Below are positions 1-10,400 of a stretch of 64,000 nucleotides of DNA, one piece after another. The DNA lies in NCBI GenBank assembly GCA_964057225.1, contig OZ059895.1, forward strand, positions 3,720,001-3,784,000, read 5' to 3'. Made by a program: the position numbers and the translations under genes. Positions within the stretch are counted from its first letter, which is position 1; each line of letters begins with the position of its first letter. Under the pieces are notes generated by a model. It saw only the letters and a list, made by a program, of their open reading frames with translations. It was not told where the DNA came from and did not search any database. The stretch comes from Auanema rhodensis. Lineage: Eukaryota > Animalia > Nematoda.

Positions 1-924
1 TAAACTTTGATTTTTGTACACCCATAAATTTTACGCAGCACAGGTTACCCTTAAATAATGAACTGACCGACTAATCAGACATGGATATTTCCTAGTTCTG
101 TTGCTTGAATGAATGTTTTCCTACGTAGGCTAGTAAAACATGCCCTTCAAAGCATCAAAACATGTGATCACATTCCAATTTTTTTGTATCTATCTTGTAA
201 AGATAGTAATATATCATATGTTGAACACTATGTTGGAAAGATTTTAATTCAGATTTTTTCAACTTTCACTCAGTTTGTTTTCTAAACTTTGATTAAGAAC
301 CTTGTTGTTTGTACACCCATAAAATATAAGCAGCACAGGTTACCCTTAAATAATGAACTGACCGACTAATCAGACATGGATCTTCCCAAGTTCTGTTGCT
401 TGAATGGATGTTTTCCTACGTAGGCTACTAAAACATGCCCTTCAAAGCATCAGAACATGTGATCACATTCCAATTTTTTTGTATCTATCTTGTAAAGATA
501 GTAATAAACTTTGATTTTTGTACACCCATAAATTATACGCAGCACAGGTTACCCTTAAATAATGAACTGACCGACTAATCAGACATGAATCTTTCCTAGT
601 TCTGTTGCTTGAATGGATGTTTTCCTACGTAGGCTAGTAAAACATGCCCTTCAAAGCATCAGAACATGTGATCACATTCCAATTTTTTTGTATCTATCTT
701 GTAAAGATAGTAATAAACTTTGATTTTTGTACACCCATAAATTATACGCAGCACAGGTTACCCTTAAATAATGAACTGACCGACTAATCAAACATGGATC
801 TTTCCTAGTTCTGTTGCTTGAATGGATGTTTTCCTACGTAGGCTAGTAAAACATGCCCTTCAAAGCATCAGAACATGTGATCACATTCCAATTTTTTTGT
901 ATCTATTTTGTAAAGATAGTAATA

Positions 925-1133
925 AACTTTGATTTTTGTACACCCATAAATTTTACGCAGCACAGGTTACCCTTAAATAATGAACTGACCGACTAATCAG
1001 ACATGGATCTTTCCTAGTTCTGTTGCTTGAATGGATGTTTTCCTACGTAGGCTAGTAAAACATGCCCTTCAAAGCATCAGAACATGTGATCACATTCCAA
1101 TTTTTTTGTATCTATTTTGTAAAGATAGTAATA
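925..1133 (+). repeat. Representative short (S) monomer, 209 bp
   Basis: Runs from aactttgatttttg (925) to gatagtaata (1133). The next monomer starts at 1134. Junction reads gatagtaata|aactttgatttttg. About 73/209 G+C by manual count of the consensus. Confidence 0.97.
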
Positions 1134-1243
1134 AACTTTGATTTTTGTACACCCATAAATTTTACGCAGCACAGGTTACCCTTAAATAATGAACTGACCG
1201 ACTAATCAGACATGGATCTTTCCTAGTTCTGTTGCTTGAATGG

Positions 1244-1272
1244 ATGTTTTCCTACGTAGGCTAGTAAAACAT
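1244..1272. other. Dyad symmetry in every monomer: perfect 10-bp palindrome CCTACGTAGG nested in an ATGTTTT...AAAACAT inverted repeat
   Basis: atgtttt-cctacgtagg-ctagt-aaaacat. The palindrome is at 1251-1260. Confidence 0.9.
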
Positions 1273-1292
1273 GCCCTTCAAAGCATCAGAAC

Positions 1293-1304
1293 ATGTGATC
1301 ACAT
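1293..1304. other. Perfect 12-bp palindrome ATGTGATCACAT in most monomers
   Basis: Self reverse-complementary. It is broken in the gtgaccac, gtgatgac and gtgataac variants. Confidence 0.9.
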
Positions 1305-1320
1305 TCCAATTTTTTTGTAT

Positions 1321-1337
1321 CTATCTTGTAAAGATAG
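1321..1337. other. Hairpin CTATCTT-gta-AAGATAG at the 3' end of the core
   Basis: 7-bp stem with a 3-nt loop, ending 5 bp before the L/S breakpoint at 1342/1343. Confidence 0.85.
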
Positions 1338-1342
1338 TAATA

Positions 1343-1427
1343 TATCATATGTTGAACACTATGTTGGAAAGATTTTAATTCAGATTTTCGAACTTTTATT
1401 CAGTTTGTTTTTTAAACTTTGATTAAG
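1343..1427 (+). repeat. 85-bp L-specific segment (present in ~146 copies)
   Basis: tatcatatgttgaacactatgttggaaagattttaattcagattttcgaacttttattcagtttgttttttaaactttgattaag. It is absent from S monomers, always at the same breakpoints. 20/85 G+C. Confidence 0.97.
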
Positions 1428-4400
1428 AACTTTGATTTTTGTACACCCATAAATTATACGCAGCACAGGTTACTCTTAATTAATGAACTGACCGACTAAT
1501 CAGACATGGATCTTTCCAAGTTCTGTTGCTTGAACGGATGTTTTCCTACGTAGGCTAGTAAAACATGCCCTTCAAAGCATCAGAACATGTGACCACATTC
1601 CAATTTTTCTGTATCTATCTTGTAAAGATAGTAATAAACTTTGATTTTTGTACACCCAAAATTATTATACGCAGCACAGGTTACCCTTAAATAATGAACT
1701 GACCGACTAATCAGACATGGATGTTTCCTAGTTCTGTTGCTTGAATGGATGTTTTCCTACGTAGGCTAGTAAAACATGCCCTTCAAAGCATCAGAACATG
1801 TGATCACATTCCAATTTTTTTGTATCTATCTTGTAAAGATAGTAATAAACTTTGATTTTTGTACACCCATAAATTATACGCAGCACAGGTTACCCTTAAA
1901 TAATGAACTGACCGACTAATCAGACATGAATCTTTCCTAGTTCTGTTGCTTGAATGGATGTTTTCCTACGTAGGCTAGTAAAACATGCCCTTCAAAGCAT
2001 CAGAACATGTGATCACATTCCAATTTTTTTGTATCTATCTTGTAAAGATAGTAATAAACTTTGATTTTTGTACACCCATAAATTATACGCAGCACAGGTT
2101 ACCCTTAAATAATGAACTGACCGACTAATCAAACATGGATCTTTCCTAGTTCTGTTGCTTGAATGGATGTTTTCCTACGTAGGCTAGTAAAACATGCCCT
2201 TCAAAGCATCAGAACATGTGATCACATTCCAATTTTTTTGTATCTATTTTGTAAAGATAGTAATAAACTTTGATTTTTGTACACCCATAAATTTTACGCA
2301 GCACAGGTTACCCTTAAATAATGAACTGACCGACTAATCAGACATGGATCTTTCCTAGTTCTGTTGCTTGAATGGATGTTTTCCTACGTAGGCTAGTAAA
2401 ACATGCCCTTCAAAGCATCAGAACATGTGATCACATTCCAATTTTTTTGTATCTATCTTGTAAAGATAGTAATATATCATATGTTGAACACTATGTTGGA
2501 AAGATTTTAATTCAGATTTTCGAACTTTTATTCAGTTTGTTTTTTAAACTTTGATTAAGAACTTTGATTTTTGTACACCCATAAATTATACGCAGCACAG
2601 GTTACTCTTAATTAATGAACTGACCGACTAATCAGACATGGATCTTTCCAAGTTCTGTTGCTTGAACGGATGTTTTCCTACGTAGGCTAGTAAAACATGC
2701 CCTTCAAAGCATCAGAACATGTGACCACATTCCAATTTTTCTGTATCTATCTTGTAAAGATAGTAATAAACTTTGATTTTTGTACACCCAAAATTATTAT
2801 ACGCAGCACAGGTTACCCTTAAATAATGAACTGACCGACTAATCAGACATGGATGTTTCCTAGTTCTGTTGCTTGAATGGATGTTTTCCTACGTAGGCTA
2901 GTAAAACATGCCCTTCAAAGCATCAGAACATGTGATCACATTCCAATTTTTTTGTATCTATCTTGTAAAGATAGTAATATATCATATGTTGAACACTATG
3001 TTGGAAAGATTTTAATTCAGATTTTCTAACTTTTAATCAGTTTGTTTTTTAAACTTTGATTAAGAACTTTGATTTTTGTACACCCATAAATTATACGCAG
3101 CACAGGTTACCCTTAAATAATGAACTGACCGACTAATCAGACATGGATCTTTCCTAGTTCTGTTGCTTGAATGGATGTTTTCCTACGTAGGCTAGTAAAA
3201 CATGCCCTTCAAAGCATCAGAACATGTGATCACATTCCAATTTTTTTGTATCTATCTTGTAAAGATAGTAATATATCATATGTTGAACACTATGTTGGAA
3301 AGATTTTAATTCAGATTTTCTAACTTTTATTCAGTTTGTTTTTTAAACTTTGATTAAGAACTTTGATTTTTGTACACCCATAAATTATACGCAGCACAGG
3401 TTACCCTTAAATAATGAACTGACCGACTAATCAGACATGGATCTTTCCTAGTTCTGTTGCTTGAATGGATGTTTTCCTACGTAGGCTAGTAAAACATGCC
3501 CTTCAAAGCATCAGAACATGTGATCACATTCCAATTTTTTTGTATCTATCTTGTAAAGATAGTAATAAACTTTGATTTTTGTACACCCATAAATTATACG
3601 CAGCACAGGTTACCCTTAAATAATGAACTGACCGACTAATCAAACATGGATCTTTCCTAGTTCTGTTGCTTGAACGGATGTTTTCCTACGTAGGCTAGTA
3701 AAACATGCCCTTCAAAGCATCAGAACATGTGACCACATTCCAATTTTTTTGTATCTATCTTGTAAAGATAGTAATAAACTTTGATTTTTGTACACCCATA
3801 AATTATACGCAGCACAGGTTACCCTTAAATAATGAACTGACCGACTAATCAGACATGGATCTTTCCTAGTTCTGTTGCTTGAATGGATGTTTTCCTACGT
3901 AGGCTAGTAAAACATGCCCTTCAAAGCATCAGAACATGTGATCACATTCCAATTTTTTTGTATCTATCTTGTAAAGATAGTAATATATCATATGTTGAAC
4001 ACTATGTTGGAAAGATTTTAATTCAGATTTTCTAACTTTTATTCAGTTTGTTTTCTAAACTTTGATTAAGAACTTTGATTTTTGTACACCCATAAATTAT
4101 ACGCAGCACAGGTTACCCTTAAATAATGAACTGACCGACTAATCAGACATGGATCTTTCCTAGTTCTGTTGCTTGAATGGATGTTTTCCTACGTAGGCTA
4201 GTAAAACATGCCCTTCAAAGCATCAGAACATGTGATCACATTCCAATTTTTTTGTATCTATCTTGAAAAGGTAGTAATATATCATATGTTGAACACTATG
4301 TTGGAAAGATTTTAATTCAGATTTTCTAACTTTTATTCAGTTTGTTTTTTAAACTTTGATTAAGAACTTTGATTTTTGTACACCCATAAATTATACGCAG

Positions 4401-7400
4401 CACAGGTTACCCTTAAATAATGAACTGACCGACTAATCAGACATGGATCTTTCCTAGTTCTGTTGCTTGAATGGATGTTTTCCTACGTAGGCTAGTAAAA
4501 CATGCCCTTCAAAGCATCAGAACATGTGATAACATTCCAATTTTTTTGTATCTATTTTGTAAAGATAGTAATAAACTTTGATTTTTGTACACCCATAAAT
4601 TTTACGCAGCACAGGTTACCCTTAAATAATGAACTGACCGACTAATCAGACATGGATCTTTCCTAGTTCTGTTGCTTGAATGGATGTTTTCCTACGTAGG
4701 CTAGTAAAACATGCCCTTCAAAGCATCAGAACATGTGATCACATTCCAATTTTTTTGTATCTATCTTGTAAAGATAGTAATATATCATATGTTGAACACT
4801 ATGTTGGAAAGATTTTAATTCAGATTTTCTAACTTTTATTCAGTTTGTTTTTTAAACTTTGATTAAGAACTTTGATTTTTGTACACCCATAAATTATACG
4901 CAGCACAGGTTACCCTTAAATAATGAACTGACCGACTAATCAGACATGGATCTTTCCTAGTTCTGTTGCTTGAATGGATGTTTTCCTACGTAGGCTAGTA
5001 AAACATGCCCTTCAAAGCATCAGAACATGTGATCACATTCCAATTTTTTTGTATCTATTTTGTAAAGATAGTAATAAACTTTTATTTTTGTACACCCATA
5101 AATTTTACGCAGCACAGGTTACCCTTAAATAATGAACTGACCGACTAATCAGACATGGATCTTTCCTAGTTCTGTTGCTTGAATGGATGTTTTCCTACGT
5201 AGGCTAGTAAAACATGCCCTTCAAAGCATCAGAACATGTGATCACATTCCAATTTTTTTGTATCTATCTTGTAAAGATAGTAATATATCATATGTTGAAC
5301 ACTATGTTGGAAAGATTTTAATTCAGATTTTCAAACTTTTATTCAGTTTGTTTTTTAAACTTTGATTAAGAACTTTGATTTTTGTACACCCATAAATTAT
5401 ACGCAGCACAGGTTACCCTTAATTAATGAACTGACCGACTAATCAGACATGGATCTTTCCAAGTTCTGTTGCTTGAACGGATGTTTTCCTACTTAGGCTA
5501 GTAAAACATGCCCTTCAAAGCATCAGAACATGTGACCACATTCCAATTTTTCTGTATCTATCTTGTAAAGATAGTAATAAACTTTGATTTTTGTACACCC
5601 ATAAATTATACGCAGCACAGGTTACCCTTAAATAATGAACTGACCGACTAATCAGACATGGATCTTTCCTAGTTCTGTTGCTTGAATGGATGTTTTCCTA
5701 CGTAGGCTAGTAAAACATGCCCTTCAAAGCATCAGAACATGTGATCACATTCCAATTTTTTTGTATCTATCTTGTAAAGATAGTAATATATCATATGTTG
5801 AACACTATGTTGGAAAGATTTTAATTCAGATTTTCAAACTTTTATTCAGTTTGTTTTTTAAACTTTGATTAAGAACTTTGATTTTTGTACACCCATAAAT
5901 TATACGCAGCACAGGTTACCCTTAATTAATGAACTGACCGACTAATCAGACATGGATCTTTCCAAGTTCTGTTGCTTGAACGGATGTTTTCCTACGTAGG
6001 CTAGTAAAACATGCCCTTCAAAGCATCAGAACATGTGATCACATTCCAATTTTTTTGTATCTATCTTGTAAAGATAGTAATATATCATATGTTGAACACT
6101 ATGTTGGAAAGATTTTAATTCAGATTTTTTCAACTTTCACTCAGTTTGTTTTCTAAACTTTGATTAAGAACCTTGTTGTTTGTACACCCATAAATTTTAC
6201 GCAGCACAGGTTACCCTTAAATAATGAACTGACCGACTAATCAGACATGGATCTTTCCTAGTTCTGTTGCTTGAATGGATGTTTTCCTACGTAGGCTAGT
6301 AAAACATGCCCTTCAAAGCATCAGAACATGTGATCACATTCCAATTTTTTTGTATCTATCTTGTAAAGATAGTAATATATCATATGTTGAACACTATGTT
6401 GGAAAGATTTTAATTCAGATTTTTTCAACTTTCACTCAGTTTGTTTTCTAAACTTTGATTAAGAACCTTGTTGTTTGTACACCCATAAATTTTACGCAGC
6501 ACAGGTTACCCTTAAATAATGAACTGACCGACTAATCAGACATGGATCTTTCCTAGTTCTGTTGCTTGAATGGATGTTTTCCTACGTAGGCTAGTAAAAC
6601 ATGCCCTTCAAAGCATCAGAACATGTGATCACATTCCAATTTTTTTGTATCTATCTTGTAAAGATAGTAATATATCATATGTTGAACACTATGTTGGAAA
6701 GATTTTAATTCAGATTTTCGAACTTTTATTCAGTTTGTTTTTTAAACTTTGATTAAGAACTTTGATTTTTGTACACCCATAAATTATACGCAGCACAGGT
6801 TACTCTTAATTAATGAACTGACCGACTAATCAGACATGGATCTTTCCAAGTTCTGTTGCTTGAACGGATGTTTTCCTACGTAGGCTAGTAAAACATGCCC
6901 TTCAAAGCATCAGAACATGTGACCACATTCCAATTTTTCTGTATCTATCTTGTAAAGATAGTAATAAACTTTGATTTTTGTACACCCATAAATTATACGC
7001 AGCACAGGTTACCCTTAAATAATGAACTGACCGACTAATCAGACATGGATCTTTCCTAGTTCTGTTGCTTGAATGGATGTTTTCCTACGTAGGCTAGTAA
7101 AACATGCCCTTCAAAGCATCAGAACATGTGATCACATTCCAATTTTTTTGTATCTATCTTGTAAAGATAGTAATATATCATATGTTGAATACTATGTTGG
7201 AAAGATTTTAATTCAGATTTTCTAACTTTTATTCAGTTTGTTTTTTAAACTTTGATTAAGAACTTTGATTTTTGTACACCCATAAATTATACGCAGCACA
7301 GGTTACTCTTAATTAATGAACTGACCGACTAATCAGACATGGATCTTTCCAAGTTCTGTTGCTTGAACGGATGTTTTCCTACGTAGGCTAGTAAAACATG

Positions 7401-10400
7401 CCCTTCAAAGCATCAGAACATGTGATCACATTCCAATTTTTTTGTATCTATTTTGTAAAGATAGTAATAAACTTTGATTTTTGTACACCCATAAATTTTA
7501 CGCAGCACAGGTTACCCTTAAATAATGAACTGACCGACTAATCAGACATGGATCTTTCCAAGTTCTGTTGCTTGAACGGATGTTTTCCTACGTAGGCTAG
7601 TAAAACATGCCCTTCAAAGCATCAGAACATGTGATCACATTCCAATTTTTTTGTATCTATCTTGTAAAGATAGTAATATATCATATGTTGAACACTATGT
7701 TGGAAAGATTTTAATTCAGATTTTCGAACTTTTATTCAGTTTGTTTTTTAAACTTTGATTAAGAACTTTGATTTTTGTACACCCATAAATTATACGCAGC
7801 ACAGGTTACTCTTAATTAATGAACTGACCGACTAATCAGACATGGATCTTTCCAAGTTCTGTTGCTTGAACGGATGTTTTCCTACGTAGGCTAGTAAAAC
7901 ATGCCCTTCAAAGCATCAGAACATGTGACCACATTCCAATTTTTCTGTATCTATCTTGTAAAGATAGTAATAAACTTTGATTTTTGTACACCCATAAATT
8001 ATACGCAGCACAGGTTACCCTTAAATAATGAACTGACCGACTAATCAGACATGGATCTTTCCTAGTTCTGTTGCTTGAATGGATGTTTTCCTACGTAGGC
8101 TAGTAAAACATGCCCTTCAAAGCATCAGAACATGTGATCACATTCCAATTTTTTTGTATCTATCTTGTAAAGATAGTAATATATCATATGTTGAACACTA
8201 TGTTGGAAAGATTTTAATTCAGATTTTCTAACTTTTAATCAGTTTGTTTTTTAAACTTTGATTAAGAACTTTGATTTTTGTACACCCATAAATTATACGC
8301 AGCACAGGTTACCCTCAAATAATGAACTGACCGACTAATCAGACATGGATCTTTCCTAGTTCTGTTGCTTGAATGGATGTTTTCCTACGTAGGCTAGTAA
8401 AACATGCCCTTCAAAGCATCAGAACATGTGATCACATTCCAATTTTTTTGTATCTATTTTGTGAAGATAGTAATAAACTTTGATTTTTGTACACCCATAA
8501 ATTTTACGCAGCACAGGTTACCCTTAAATAATGAACTGACCGACTAATCAGACATGGATCTTTCCTAGTTCTGTTGCTTGAATGGATGTTTTCCTACGTA
8601 GGCTAGTAAAACATGCCCTTCAAAGCATCAGAACATGTGATCACATTCCAATTTTTTTGTATCTATCTTGTAAAGATAGTAATATATCATATGTTGAACA
8701 CTATGTTGGAAAGATTTTAATTCAGATTTTCGAACTTTTATTCAGTTTGTTTTTTAAACTTTGATTAAGAACTTTGATTTTTGTACACCCATAAATTATA
8801 CGCAGCACAGGTTACCTTTAAATAATGAACTGACCGACTAATCAGACATGGATCTTTCCTAGTTCTGTTCCTTGAATGGATGTTTTCCTACGTAGGCTAG
8901 TAAAACATGCCCTTCAAAGCATCAGAACATGTGATCACATTCCAATTTTTTTGTATCTATCTTGTAAAGATAGTAATATATCATATGTTGAATACTATGT
9001 TGGAAAGATTTTAATTCAGATTTTCTAACTTTTATTCAGTTTGTTTTTTAAACTTTGATTAAGAACTTTGATTTTTGTACACCCATAAATTATACGCAGC
9101 ACAGGTTACTCTTAATTAATGAACTGACCGACTAATCAGACATGGATCTTTCCAAGTTCTGTTGCTTGAACGGATGTTTTCCTACGTAGGCTAGTAAAAC
9201 ATGCCCTTCAAAGCATCAGAACATGTGATCACATTCCAATTTTTTTGTATCTATTTTGTAAAGATAGTAATAAACTTTGATTTTTGTACACCCATAAATT
9301 ATACGCAGCACAGGTTACCCTTAAATAATGAACTGACCGACTAATCAGACATGGATCTTTCCTAGTTCTGTTGCTTGAATGGATGTTTTCCTACGTAGGC
9401 TAGTAAAACATGCCCTTCAAAGCATCAGAACATGTGATCACATTCCAATTTTTTTGTATCTATCTTGTAAAGATAGTAATATATCATATGTTGAACACTA
9501 TGTTGGAAAGATTTTAATTCAGATTTTCTAACTTTTAATCAGTTTGTTTTTTAAACTTTGATTAAGAACTTTGATTTTTGTACACCCATAAATTATACGC
9601 AGCACAGGTTACCCTTAAATAATGAACTGACCGACTAATCAGACATGGATCTTTCCTAGTTCTGTTGCTTGAATGGATGTTTTCCTACGTAGGCTAGTAA
9701 AACATGCCCTTCAAAGCATCAGAACATGTGATCACATTCCAATTTTTTTGTATCTATCTTGTAAAGATAGTAATATATCATATGTTGAATACTATGTTGG
9801 AAAGATTTTAATTCAGATTTTCTAACTTTTATTCAGTTTGTTTTTTAAACTTTGATTAAGAACTTTGATTTTTGTACACCCATAAATTATACGCAGCACA
9901 GGTTACTCTTAATTAATGAACTGACCGACTAATCAGACATGGATCTTTCCAAGTTCTGTTGCTTGAACGGATGTTTTCCTACGTAGGCTAGTAAAACATG
10001 CCCTTCAAAGCATCAGAACATGTGATCACATTCCAATTTTTTTGTATCTATTTTGTAAAGATAGTAATAAACTTTGATTTTTGTACACCCATAAATTTTA
10101 CGCAGCACAGGTTACCCTTAAATAATGAACTGACCGACTAATCAGACATGGATCTTTCCTAGTTCTGTTGCTTGAATGGATGTTTTCCTACGTAGGCTAG
10201 TAAAACATGCCCTTCAAAGCATCAGAACATGTGATCACATTCCAATTTTTTTGTATCTATCTTGTAAAGATAGTAATATATCATATGTTGAACACTATGT
10301 TGGAAAGATTTTAATTCAGATTTTCGAACTTTTATTCAGTTTGTTTTTTAAACTTTGATTAAGAACTTTGATTTTTGTACACCCATAAATTATACGCAGC

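Larger units (their letters stand above)
1134..1427 (+). repeat. Representative long (L) monomer, 294 bp = 209-bp core + 85-bp segment
   Basis: aactttgatttttg occurs at 1134 and again at 1428. The core 1134-1342 is colinear with the S monomer. Confidence 0.97.

Noticed and set aside
1174-1187. Telomere-like motif (ttacccttaaa resembling CCCTAAA)
   Set aside because: It is a single degenerate occurrence per monomer, with no tandem telomeric repeats.
1134-1427. 294-bp monomer as a diverged dimer of two 147-bp subunits
   Set aside because: The halves 1134-1280 and 1281-1427 show no visible colinear similarity at offset 147.
1343-1427. 85-bp segment as a MITE or other inserted element
   Set aside because: It has no terminal inverted repeats or target-site duplication, and its sub-repeats continue into the core.
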